Source: Pseudopedobacter saltans
GTDB lineage: Bacteria; Bacteroidota; Bacteroidia; Chitinophagales; Chitinophagaceae
Direction: 5' to 3'
Assembly (NCBI GenBank): GCA_003241175.1
Contig: QFOI01000001.1
Coordinates: forward strand, 1 to 62,821
Length of the DNA stretch: 62,821 bases
Shown in pieces: positions 51,103 through 60,594 of this stretch; the stretch's first letter is position 1, and every line of letters starts with the position of its first letter. The translations under genes and the position numbers were made by a program. The notes beneath the pieces were generated by a model. That model saw nothing but the letters and a program-made list of their open reading frames with translations. It ran no database searches and was not told the DNA's origin.

Positions 51103-53145
51103 ATGGTCAACAGAAAGATTTCTATGATTGCGGGTACCGCAATGGTTGTAGCTAGTACTGTCTCGACAGTGTCTGCGCAAAAACCAACAAGCAAATCTCC
51201 TGTGCTCAACACCTCTTTTATCAATAAGAGTATCAAGCCTGGAGACAATTTTTTTCGTTATGCAAACGGTAATTGGTATGATACGGCGACGATCTCTCCA
51301 ACGGAAACCGGCGTTGGTTCCTTTTACGACTTGGACAAAAGTGTAAGAGAAAACATCAAAGTCATATTGGAAAGTGCGGAGAAGACAAAAGCTGCAAAAG
51401 GTTCATTTGAACAGTTGGTGGGCGATTTTTACGCATCAGGTATGGATACCATCACCATTAACAAACTGGGCTACACGCCAATCAAACCTATTTTGGCTGA
51501 TTTGGATAAGGTCAATACGATTCCAGAATTGTTGAAATTTATTGCTGTCAGGGAACGCGAAAATGGTACTTCTTTCTTTAGATGGGGTATTGGTGCAGAT
51601 GATAAGAATAGTAGTCAGAATATTGTACAGTTCAGCCAAGGTGGTTTAGGACTTTCCGACAGGGACTATTATTTCAAAACAGATGCACATACATTAGAAA
51701 TTGTCAACGCCTACAAGACATATCTGACTAAACTATTTGTATTGACAGGAACCGACCAAGCTACAGCGACAAAAAATGCTGAACTCATTTTTGATATTGA
51801 AAAACAATTGGCATCCTCTCACCGTACGCGTGTAGAATTACGTAATCCCGAATTGAATTATAACAAAATCGCCATTTCGGAACTGGTAGCTTCAGAACCC
51901 AATATTGGTTGGAAAACCTTATTGAGCGAACTTGGTATTAACAATGAAAAATTTTTGTTGATAGGGCAACCTGCGTATTACAAAAAACTGGATTCCATGT
52001 TGACAACGGTTCCTGTTGCGGATTGGAAAGTATACATGAGGGCTAAAACGATTGCCGGAGCGGCCACTTATTTGAGTTCTGATTTTACGGATGCACAGTT
52101 TGAATACAGCAAAGTCATTTCCGGTCAAGTCAAGCAAAAACCAAGATGGGAAAAAATATATGGTTTGACTAACGGATATCTTGGTGATCCTTTGGGAAAA
52201 CTCTATGTAGACAAATATTTCACACAGACGGCTAAGACTCGTATGGATGAGTTGGTGGCCAACTTGCAAAAATCATTCAGCACAAGAATCAATAAATTGG
52301 ATTGGATGAGCGATTCCACAAAGGCAATTGCTCAAACCAAATTGGCCGCATTCATCAAAAAGATCGGCTATCCGACTAAGTGGAAAGATTATTCCAAAGT
52401 TGTGATCAACCGTAATACTTTCTATGATAACGTGATGTCATCTTCTAAGAATAGCTACAATCGTGAATTGGCAAAACTTGGAAAACCAGTTGACAAGACA
52501 GAATGGGCAATGACTCCACCAACTATAAATGCCTACTATAATCCATCTATCAACGAGATTGTTTTCCCTGCAGGTATATTGCAACCTCCATTCTTCAATC
52601 CACTAGCGGACGATGCGGTTAACTATGGCGGTATCGGTATGGTAATTGGTCACGAGATGACACACGGTTTTGACGATCAAGGTTCCCAATATGACAAAGA
52701 AGGAAATCTGAAAAACTGGTGGGGCGCTGGCGACAAATCCAAATTTGATGAAAAAGTAAAACAAGTAATCGCACAGTACAATTCGTTTACAGTATTGGAT
52801 TCCTTACATGTAAATGGTGCATTGACAGTAGGTGAAAACATGGCGGATATTGGCGGTATTGCTATTGCTTACGACGCTTTCAAATTAACCAAACAAGGAC
52901 AAGGAAATACGAAAATCGATGGATTGACACCGGACCAACGTTTCTTCCTTTCGTTCTCACAAATCTGGCGTATCAAGTTAAAAGAAGCGACGGTTCGTCG
53001 TCTTATTGATCTAGATCCACACTCTCCAGCAGAATGGCGTGTGAATGGTCCGTTGATGAACTTCACACCTTTTTACAACGCATTTGATGTCAAACCCGGC
53101 GAGAAAATGTACAAACCAGAAGCTGAAAGAATCAAGATCTGGTAA
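51103..53145 (+). CDS. M13 metallopeptidase (neprilysin/PepO-like)
   Basis: NAYY, FPAGILQPPFF, GHEMTHGFD, GENMAD, DPHSP. Confidence 0.96.
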   Translation: MVNRKISMIAGTAMVVASTVSTVSAQKPTSKSPVLNTSFINKSIKPGDNFFRYANGNWYDTATISPTETGVGSFYDLDKSVRENIKVILESAEKTKAAKGSFEQLVGDFYASGMDTITINKLGYTPIKPILADLDKVNTIPELLKFIAVRERENGTSFFRWGIGADDKNSSQNIVQFSQGGLGLSDRDYYFKTDAHTLEIVNAYKTYLTKLFVLTGTDQATATKNAELIFDIEKQLASSHRTRVELRNPELNYNKIAISELVASEPNIGWKTLLSELGINNEKFLLIGQPAYYKKLDSMLTTVPVADWKVYMRAKTIAGAATYLSSDFTDAQFEYSKVISGQVKQKPRWEKIYGLTNGYLGDPLGKLYVDKYFTQTAKTRMDELVANLQKSFSTRINKLDWMSDSTKAIAQTKLAAFIKKIGYPTKWKDYSKVVINRNTFYDNVMSSSKNSYNRELAKLGKPVDKTEWAMTPPTINAYYNPSINEIVFPAGILQPPFFNPLADDAVNYGGIGMVIGHEMTHGFDDQGSQYDKEGNLKNWWGAGDKSKFDEKVKQVIAQYNSFTVLDSLHVNGALTVGENMADIGGIAIAYDAFKLTKQGQGNTKIDGLTPDQRFFLSFSQIWRIKLKEATVRRLIDLDPHSPAEWRVNGPLMNFTPFYNAFDVKPGEKMYKPEAERIKIW

Positions 53146-53175
53146 TTTGTAGATATCTTTTGATAATACGAAAGA

Positions 53176-53207
53176 CAAAACGTCACACGATCAAGTGTGA
53201 CGTTTTG
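53176..53207. terminator. Bidirectional terminator
   Basis: CAAAACGTCACAC-GATCAA-GTGTGACGTTTTG. Confidence 0.85.
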
Positions 53208-53231
53208 CGTTTTTTACTTCAGCTGTTGTTA

Positions 53232-53642
53232 CTACTGTTTTCCCTCATTGTTTTCCTCTGCGTTGAGGTTGTCTCTTGTATTTTTCTGAACTGTGATAGC
53301 ACCGAAAAGAGCCAGTAAAAATGCAAAAGCATAGAACCCTTTTTCACTTGGAAAAAGGGTCGCATTCCATAATCCAATAACCAATAGTACAATAGAAAGA
53401 ATCGTGCAGAACCAACAAATACCGTAGTAGATGTCTGTTACTTTGATGCCCTCTAGTTTGTCTCTTACGCTCTTTTGCAGGGAGATGACGGCAAATAATC
53501 CAAACATCAATACCGTGAAATAATAACCTTTTTCGTTAAGCTGCATTTCTGCTCTCCAAAGTCCGATAAGATAACCTATGATCCCGGCGCCCATAGCGAC
53601 CCAAGATGCGCCGACAAATGCGGCAGATGTTTTTTGTGACAT
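53232..53642 (-). CDS. yiaA: Inner membrane protein YiaA
   Basis: Duplicated GLW...EKGYY/EKGFY...QK..RD two-helix units. Confidence 0.9.
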   Translation of the reverse strand: MSQKTSAAFVGASWVAMGAGIIGYLIGLWRAEMQLNEKGYYFTVLMFGLFAVISLQKSVRDKLEGIKVTDIYYGICWFCTILSIVLLVIGLWNATLFPSEKGFYAFAFLLALFGAITVQKNTRDNLNAEENNEGKQ

Positions 53643-53647
53643 GTTTT

Positions 53648-54322
53648 TTATTTGTATTTGAGAAATATACCCGTGTCAAAAGCTGTCCACAGACAACATT
53701 TCTGACCGGATTTTTTAAGGCCTGTATTGGCCCAAGTATTACAAGTATGTAGCATACTATAGCTACCTTTTGCATCGTAAAAAGCATCGTCTTCGCCATA
53801 GACAGCGTTCGTTACAATGTTTTTGAAATTGCCGTTAGCGTCTCTTTCGAAACTTCCCGTTATATAGTCAATAAGTCTTTGGTACTGCGCTTTACTAATC
53901 ATGATTTGACGGCAGCTATCCGAGACGATCATTGTTTTGTAGAAAGTGGCATGTATAGCAGTGGAGCCAAGTCCGAACGCGGCTTTGAAAGCGACAGATG
54001 CTTTTAGGTCTTTCCATTCCGGCGTTTCCAGATAAAAACCTTTGTCTCCCCAGCCCATGGCTAGATAGTTGAAGCTAGTATCCTGCGACCTCGTATTGGA
54101 AAATTTGACTTGTTGGCTCCAGTCGTATTGGTCCGACTTGATGGGTACGACTATATCCGTATGGACACCATTTGTCAATATGTAAATGGTAACTTCCTCT
54201 TTTGTGCCGGGTTCTTTTTTTACGGTGATTCTTGAAAGACAGTATTGCACAAGAAGATAGAGTATGACAAATCCTATAAAGCCTATGACGACTTTAAGGA
54301 AGATTTTGAAAATCCTTTTCAA
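53648..54322 (-). CDS. TIGR02117/DUF2459 family protein
   Basis: [24 protein letters not shown] start. Confidence 0.85.
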   Translation of the reverse strand: MKRIFKIFLKVVIGFIGFVILYLLVQYCLSRITVKKEPGTKEEVTIYILTNGVHTDIVVPIKSDQYDWSQQVKFSNTRSQDTSFNYLAMGWGDKGFYLETPEWKDLKASVAFKAAFGLGSTAIHATFYKTMIVSDSCRQIMISKAQYQRLIDYITGSFERDANGNFKNIVTNAVYGEDDAFYDAKGSYSMLHTCNTWANTGLKKSGQKCCLWTAFDTGIFLKYK

Positions 54323-54501
54323 ATGAGTGTTGATTTAGGTTTTGTTAGCAAATGTCTTGGTTATGTTTTTTACTATTGAAAACGGGTTTTGGTTGTTTTC
54401 ATAAATCTAACTTACAGCAAAATTCAACACACAAAACCATCAATATCAAAAGTTTAAGAATTTTTTTGGTTAATCTCAAAAATGAACATCTTATGAGAGA
54501 A

Positions 54502-54969
54502 CTAAAAATTAAATGAATCCACAAACGGAATGATAAAATTTTTGTATTGGTCGTATTGCTCTTTTTGCTTGATATTGATGGATCCGGTCATCGGAATCTT
54601 AATGGAAAATGGCGCAACTTGGAACCGAACTTCCTGTCCATTATTAAACTTGGCGTAAAACAATTGCATTGTTTTGGAATAGGTTATTTCCTGTAAATTG
54701 CTTCTTTCCACAATCAATGGTTCGCCTACACTAATCTTGTTGCCTTTGTCACTAAAAGGAATGATATGCATTTCGTTGTTGCCAAAAAGAACAATATAAT
54801 TGAAGGAAGTATAAGTACGAGATGTGATGCCTTGACGCTCGTCAGTAAATCCACCGTAAGCCCATTGTAAGTTTTTGAAATTAGGATATTGGTCAACAAC
54901 TGCTTGTAATTCCGTACGATAATTGAGACCAATGCCGAAAATCCCTTTTACAGAGTCTAATATTCCCAT
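54502..54969 (-). CDS. Hypothetical protein
   Basis: 155 aa from MGILDSVKG; no motif recognised. Confidence 0.6.
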   Translation of the reverse strand: MGILDSVKGIFGIGLNYRTELQAVVDQYPNFKNLQWAYGGFTDERQGITSRTYTSFNYIVLFGNNEMHIIPFSDKGNKISVGEPLIVERSNLQEITYSKTMQLFYAKFNNGQEVRFQVAPFSIKIPMTGSINIKQKEQYDQYKNFIIPFVDSFNF

Positions 54970-55059
54970 AATGTGTGTTTTCAGGTTTTCAATAGTTAAA
55001 GTACAGTTTTTTAGGAAAAAAGTATTGTTTTTTTCAGGAATGTTTATATTCGCACAACC

Positions 55060-55113
55060 ATGATGACAATTATTGACATAAAGCACAAGAAGATGACCTC
55101 CAACGGAAGGTGA
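55060..55113 (+). CDS. asd leader peptide MMTIIDIKHKKMTSNGR
   Basis: ATG ATG ACA ATT ATT GAC ATA AAG CAC AAG AAG ATG ACC TCC AAC GGA AGG TGA, 7 nt after the -7-like TATATTCG (55045-55052). Confidence 0.75.
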   Translation: MMTIIDIKHKKMTSNGR

Positions 55114-55153
55114 TGTTCTCGCTGTATATGTTACTAAAAGATATAGAAAGAAT

Positions 55154-55184
55154 GAGCCTTCCAGAGATGGAAGGCTTTGTTTTT
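55154..55184 (+). terminator. Attenuator terminator upstream of asd
   Basis: GAGCCTTCCA-GAGA-TGGAAGGCTT followed by TGTTTTT. Confidence 0.78.
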
Positions 55185-55217
55185 GCTTGAATATTTATAT
55201 ACCATAAAACAAAACAA

Positions 55218-56213
55218 ATGAAAGTTGCCGTAGTAGGCGCCACCGGGCTGGTAGGTTCCAAAATGTTGCAGGTATTGGAAGAAAGAAATTTTCCAGTAAC
55301 TGAATTGTATCCAGTTGCTTCTGAAAGATCGATTGGTAAAGAAATTGAATTCAAGGGTAAGAAATATAAGATCGTCAGCATGGAAGATGCCATCGCTGCA
55401 AAACCTGCTGTTGCTATTTTCTCTGCAGGTGGAGATACTTCCAAGGAATGGGCACCAAAGTTTGCCGAAGCTGGCATTACTGTTGTAGATAATTCTTCCG
55501 CTTGGCGTATGGATCCTACCAAAAAATTGGTAGTTCCTGAAATCAATGCGGATGCGTTGACTGAAGACGACAAAATTATTGCTAATCCCAACTGCTCTAC
55601 TATTCAGATGGTGGTGGCGCTGAATCCTTTATTCAAAAAATATGGCATCAAACGTATTGTGGTAAGCACATACCAAAGCGTTTCAGGTTCTGGTAAAAAA
55701 GGTGTAGATCAATTAGAAGCCGAAAGAAATGGTGGAAAGGCTACCAATCCGGCCTATTTGCATCAGATCGACCTTAACATATTGCCGCATATTGATGTTT
55801 TTTTGGATAACGGTTATACCAAAGAAGAAATGAAAATGGTCAACGAGACCAAGAAAATCATGCGCGATGACAATATAGCCGTTACAGCAACGACTGTGCG
55901 TGTACCTGTTACGGGAGGTCACAGCGAATCTGTAAATGTCGAGTTCAAAAAGGATTTTGATTTGGATGAAGTACGCCAACTGCTTGCTGAAGCACCAGGT
56001 GTCGTATTGGAAGATGATGTGAAAAATGCGGTCTACCCAATGCCAATAAATGCATACGAAAAAGACGAGGTTTTCGTCGGTCGCCTGCGTCGTGACGAAT
56101 CACAGACCAATACATTGAATATGTGGATTGTCAGTGACAATATACGTAAAGGAGCAGCTACCAATGCCGTTCAGATAGCTGAATACTTAGCGGACAAAGG
56201 TTTGATTAAGTAA
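55218..56213 (+). CDS. asd: Aspartate-semialdehyde dehydrogenase
   Basis: VGATGLVG, DNSSAWRM, ANPNCST, YQSVSGSG, DNIRKGAATN. Confidence 0.97.
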   Translation: MKVAVVGATGLVGSKMLQVLEERNFPVTELYPVASERSIGKEIEFKGKKYKIVSMEDAIAAKPAVAIFSAGGDTSKEWAPKFAEAGITVVDNSSAWRMDPTKKLVVPEINADALTEDDKIIANPNCSTIQMVVALNPLFKKYGIKRIVVSTYQSVSGSGKKGVDQLEAERNGGKATNPAYLHQIDLNILPHIDVFLDNGYTKEEMKMVNETKKIMRDDNIAVTATTVRVPVTGGHSESVNVEFKKDFDLDEVRQLLAEAPGVVLEDDVKNAVYPMPINAYEKDEVFVGRLRRDESQTNTLNMWIVSDNIRKGAATNAVQIAEYLADKGLIK

Positions 56214-56286
56214 GGAATTAACTTTTGAAAGTCCTCTTCTTGAAAAGACGACTTAGTTGAGGTTCTTTTTTGGCAAAATATTTTCT

Positions 56287-56317
56287 AAAGCGATTGCGAC
56301 TTTTGCAGTCGCTTTTT
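56287..56317 (+). terminator. Terminator after asd
   Basis: AAAGCGATTGC-GACTTTT-GCAGTCGCTTTTT. Confidence 0.7.
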
Positions 56318-56362
56318 GTTTATATTTTTGTGTAGGGTATTGTGATATTTAAAAATTACTAG

Positions 56363-56998
56363 ATGAAAAATAGATTTTTACTTTTACTGATTGTCATTTT
56401 GATTGTGATCATTGGCGTTTTGGCCTTTTTATTGGGACGTTCAGGTAAGGCGAACAGTTATGACAATATCATCAACAATACAACTTTTGTCAAACAGATA
56501 GCCGAATTGTCGACTTTGGAAGCGCATGGCGTCTCCAGTATCAAACATACCAATATGGAAAACGACGGTAGCTTTACCGATGCAATGCGTCGTGTTTTTA
56601 TGGAAAACACTGTTAACTATTCCATTCCGTATGTGGCAAAATACGGTGTTGATATGCAAAATAGAAATGTTGCTATCAATACAAAAGATTCCACGATTGA
56701 AATACATCTGCCGCAACCCAAACTGTTGAGTTACGAATTGCAGTTGGACAAAATGCAAACCAATAGTCAAAGGGGATGGTTTCAGTCTGCATCGGACGCA
56801 CAGTTTGCAGAATTAGAAAAGAAAATGTACGCTGAAACAAGAAAAAACTTGGAACAAAACAAAACGTATATCGATGCTGCCAGAGTTAAAGTGCAGTCTA
56901 TCATTTCGGATTATTACAAACCAATGGGATACAAAGCTATTGTCTTGTTTGACGGTGATTCCACAAAGGTCAATATGGGAACTCCAGCCAATCAATAA
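56363..56998 (+). CDS. DUF4230-like protein
   Basis: N-terminal TM, IAELSTLE, AKYGVD, IHLPQPKL. Confidence 0.75.
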   Translation: MKNRFLLLLIVILIVIIGVLAFLLGRSGKANSYDNIINNTTFVKQIAELSTLEAHGVSSIKHTNMENDGSFTDAMRRVFMENTVNYSIPYVAKYGVDMQNRNVAINTKDSTIEIHLPQPKLLSYELQLDKMQTNSQRGWFQSASDAQFAELEKKMYAETRKNLEQNKTYIDAARVKVQSIISDYYKPMGYKAIVLFDGDSTKVNMGTPANQ

Positions 56999-57044
56999 GA
57001 ATTTCAATCGCATATTCTTCGAGAAAGTACTTAACCCTTCCAAT

Positions 57045-57095
57045 AATACCTCTCCCTAACCCTCCCCTCAAAGGGGAGGGTTAGGGAGAGGTATT
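57045..57095. repeat. REP-like perfect inverted repeat (24-bp arms, 3-nt loop)
   Basis: AATACCTCTCCCTAACCCTCCCCT-CAA-AGGGGAGGGTTAGGGAGAGGTATT between convergent genes. Confidence 0.85.
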
Positions 57096-57155
57096 TCAAA
57101 AAATTAATATCTTAACAAGCAGTAAGGACCTAAATGCACAACGGGTTAGTTTACC

Positions 57156-57713
57156 TTAATTCAGAGACGGATCTATAGGATAATTAATGACTTCTTGATA
57201 TTTTTTGCCCATTAGTTTTACCGCTTCTTTCCAAATATCGTTTGTTGAGGAGTTAAAAATGATTTTCTGTTGTGCATGCGTGTGTAACCATGTATTTTCA
57301 TTTATTTCGTTCTGTAGTTGATTATTTGACCATCCACTCTGACCGAGAAAAAGACGAAGGTTTTGGTTATTGGCAATTCCATTTTTAATACTGTCAAGCA
57401 TCATCGGAAAATCCCCGCCCCAATAGACTCCATTTGCAATAGACAATCCGCCAGGGATTAAATCAGGAATCGAATGCAGAAAATGCAAAGTATCCATTCT
57501 GACTGGACCTCCATACATCACAGGAAAGTCGTAACCTTCCATTTCTTGTACTAGTTCGCCTAAGATATGAGGCAGTTGTTTATTAAGAATAAAACCAATG
57601 CTACCACCTTCATCCGATTCACAAAGCAGTACCACAGACCTTGAAAAACTGCTGTCTTTCAAAAAAGGGTCTGCAATCAATAAATCTCCTGCTTGTATTT
57701 TGATACTGTCCAT
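57156..57713 (-). CDS. YqgE/AlgH family protein
   Basis: FSRSVVLL, GFILN, GGPV, GW...QL..E, DPSLN. Confidence 0.92.
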   Translation of the reverse strand: MDSIKIQAGDLLIADPFLKDSSFSRSVVLLCESDEGGSIGFILNKQLPHILGELVQEMEGYDFPVMYGGPVRMDTLHFLHSIPDLIPGGLSIANGVYWGGDFPMMLDSIKNGIANNQNLRLFLGQSGWSNNQLQNEINENTWLHTHAQQKIIFNSSTNDIWKEAVKLMGKKYQEVINYPIDPSLN

Positions 57714-57829
57714 AATGCCGCTTTTATTCTAAATTAATAAAACTGATCGAAAAAAGGCTTATGTTTAGAAATTTTAGCAAAGACATTCAATAACGTATTG
57801 GTATTTTTGTACGGAAGAACGCGATTTAC

Positions 57830-59206
57830 ATGAGTACATATAGTAGATTAAGAAAAAATATTTCCATCAGTTTGGTTTTGGTTGGCTTGTCCGTGATTGG
57901 CTTTTTCGTATTGCAGGTATCTTGGGTGTACAATACGAAAGAGACGCAATTTCATAGATTATTGGAAGACGTTGGGCGGGCATCTTCTGAACTTGCTGAT
58001 CAATTGTCCAAACAGAAAAATATACAAACTTCTTTGCACAGACCCACACAGCCGCAAGGATTAAGGATTCCAAATGTAACGTTTGACCTGACGCCTCCAT
58101 CTTTGGTTGCGGATCACTTTACATATGATGAAGTTTCCGAACAATTAAGAGAAGCTTTGAAGAGACACGATGTTGGTGGCCTTCAAGTTGATTTTGCTAT
58201 CTATAACGGAAGCCGATTCATAGAAATGAACTCGCCTAATTATGTTAAGTCTGCAGCATTAAGTAATATAGACTCTACTGTTGTACGTTTTTCGATCCCA
58301 ATCAGTTCTTCCAATAATCTTTCTATGATGGGGTCAGAGGAATCCATTAGTATAATTTTGCCAAATTTCAATAAAGAAGTCTGGAAATCAATGACTTGGA
58401 GTCTGGTTTCTTTTGCCTTGTTTACCGTGGTTATATTGGGCGCCTTTTATCTGACGGTGCGAAACATGCTCGAACAAGGACAGTTGAGTAAGACCAAAAC
58501 AGACTTCATCAACAATATGACGCATGAGTTCAAAACGCCTATTGCGACGATTTCATTAGCTATAGATGCAATAAGAAATCCCAAAGTCCAAAATGACGAA
58601 TCCAAAATGGAATATTTCAGCGGGATTATCAAAGAAGAAAACAAGCGAATGAACAAGCATGTGGAAACCATTTTACAAGCTGCCAAAATGGAAAAACAAG
58701 AGCTGAATCTCAATATCGTTCCCGTTCATGTGCATGAAGTCATTGCACACATTGCCGAAGCATTTGAACTACAACTGGAAAGTAAAAACGGTGTGATTGA
58801 GCAACATCTAAAAGCCGAAAACGATCTTATATACGCGGATGAAACACATTTCAACAACCTTATCAACAACCTTGTCGACAATGCGGTCAAATATTCCAAT
58901 CCCGATGTGCCCCCTTTAGTTAAAATCTCTACCTCCAATAGTTCTAGAGGTGTGGTGATACGCGTTTTGGATAATGGTATTGGAATGTCCAAAGAAACAG
59001 TAAAGCATGTTTTCGACCGTTTTTATCGTGCGCATACGGGAAATGTACACAACGTAAAAGGTTTTGGCTTGGGTATGAGCTATGTCAAGCAGATCGTAGA
59101 AGCACATGAAGGTAAAATAAAAGTAGATAGTACGCTGGGTAAAGGTTCCATTTTCGTTGTAGAAATGCCATTCAATATCAAATCAGCATCTAAAGGTGAA
59201 TCTTAA
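57830..59206 (+). CDS. Sensor histidine kinase
   Basis: Two TMs, H-box NMTHEFKTPI, NLVDNAVKY, DNGIG, GFGLG, GKGS. Confidence 0.95.
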   Translation: MSTYSRLRKNISISLVLVGLSVIGFFVLQVSWVYNTKETQFHRLLEDVGRASSELADQLSKQKNIQTSLHRPTQPQGLRIPNVTFDLTPPSLVADHFTYDEVSEQLREALKRHDVGGLQVDFAIYNGSRFIEMNSPNYVKSAALSNIDSTVVRFSIPISSSNNLSMMGSEESISIILPNFNKEVWKSMTWSLVSFALFTVVILGAFYLTVRNMLEQGQLSKTKTDFINNMTHEFKTPIATISLAIDAIRNPKVQNDESKMEYFSGIIKEENKRMNKHVETILQAAKMEKQELNLNIVPVHVHEVIAHIAEAFELQLESKNGVIEQHLKAENDLIYADETHFNNLINNLVDNAVKYSNPDVPPLVKISTSNSSRGVVIRVLDNGIGMSKETVKHVFDRFYRAHTGNVHNVKGFGLGMSYVKQIVEAHEGKIKVDSTLGKGSIFVVEMPFNIKSASKGES

Positions 59207-60492
59207 TGGCAATAGCTTTGTTTGGGTTATACCTGTTTGTTTTTGCTTTTTGGCTATATCGATGGGGTTCCAAGTCTTTGAGCAATCTATCTAAGTATCT
59301 AGTGTTGGTTGGCTTTTTGTTGCGTGTTGCTGTTGGTGTTTTTATGGCGTACTATACCGAAAATCTAGAAGGCAACGATTCTTGGAAACTTTTCAATGCT
59401 AGCAAAGAAGAAGTCAACTGCCTCATTCATCATCCTGGAAGTTTTATATCTGACGGTATATTGGATAACAATGGCTACAGCGGAAATCCATTTACGAGTT
59501 TCTTTTTCCGAAATAGCAATAATTTCTATTTCAATGATTTAAAGGATAACATCATTGTCAAGTTCAATGCGATCCTGAATGTTTTCAGCGGCGGCAACTA
59601 TTACGTAAATATTTTAATAGCCAATTTTTTGGTGATGTGGTGCCTTTTGGCCTTGGTCAAGGTTTTTCGTTACAACTTAAAACCAGATTCTCAATGGACA
59701 ATTATCGGTACTTTCCTATTGTATTTGCCTTTGATTTTGTGGACGAGCAATATACAAAAAGACATGCTGTGCTTGATGTTGCTATCTGTTTTTCTGTATT
59801 GTTACTCTTTTTTGGGAGATAGATATGGATATAAGCGTCTTTTGTTTTGGATGTATATGTTTTTCAGTGTATTGGTATTGGTTCTGATCAAAAATTACAT
59901 GGCGATTATATTGGTAGGGTGTACAGTTATGGTCAGAGTCGCCAACCCCAATTCTACGCACTTTACAAAAAGGTTTTTCATTGCATTCGGCTTGGTGTTC
60001 GTGTTTTTTATGATTTCATCGTTTTTTCCGAATAGCATAAATTTTCCACTGCTTTTGGCACGGAAGCAAAATGGGTTTTACGACATTGCAGGCGCACAAC
60101 CCATTCCTTCCATTCCACTGACTGGCAACATTTTATCCTATATCCAAAATCTACCTAATGCCATTTTCAACTGTTTTTTCTTTCCAATATCTAAGAATTT
60201 GTTTGTTGAAAGGATAGGTTGGATCGGCTTTGCAATATTTTTTTTGTTTTTGGCATTAACAGTATTGGCGATAAAATATCCTCGTAAATCTGGATTATGG
60301 TCCAATGCTTTTTTTCTAATGATGTTTAGTTTTTGCCTGCTTAACTATTTGCTTATTGGGGAATCCGTCGCTTACTATGGCGCATTGCAACGTTACCGAG
60401 CTATTCCTGAGGCTATTTTCTGCATTCTCATTTTACAGTTGATAGACTTCAAAAAAATTAACGATTTATATATTAGTAAAAAAAATATATAA
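59206..60492 (+). CDS. Multi-pass membrane protein (possible GT-C/Wzy-like)
   Basis: About ten hydrophobic segments, WTSNIQKD, GALQRYR; TAATG overlap with the kinase. Confidence 0.65.
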   Translation: MAIALFGLYLFVFAFWLYRWGSKSLSNLSKYLVLVGFLLRVAVGVFMAYYTENLEGNDSWKLFNASKEEVNCLIHHPGSFISDGILDNNGYSGNPFTSFFFRNSNNFYFNDLKDNIIVKFNAILNVFSGGNYYVNILIANFLVMWCLLALVKVFRYNLKPDSQWTIIGTFLLYLPLILWTSNIQKDMLCLMLLSVFLYCYSFLGDRYGYKRLLFWMYMFFSVLVLVLIKNYMAIILVGCTVMVRVANPNSTHFTKRFFIAFGLVFVFFMISSFFPNSINFPLLLARKQNGFYDIAGAQPIPSIPLTGNILSYIQNLPNAIFNCFFFPISKNLFVERIGWIGFAIFFLFLALTVLAIKYPRKSGLWSNAFFLMMFSFCLLNYLLIGESVAYYGALQRYRAIPEAIFCILILQLIDFKKINDLYISKKNI

Positions 60493-60594
60493 AGCGATTT
60501 TTAAAATATGCACATTTTTTTAATGTGAGAATAATATTAATTTCTATTTTTACTAGGTTAAACCCTCGTATTAATTTAATAAGTTAAATAGTTT

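Noticed and set aside
55045..55217. Lysine or SAM riboswitch upstream of asd
   Set aside because: No recognisable riboswitch core; the leader ORF and alternative hairpins explain the region
60509..60527. CACATT-N5-AATGTG upstream of glnA as an NtrC/GlnR site
   Set aside because: Does not match either consensus; a short inverted repeat in AT-rich DNA
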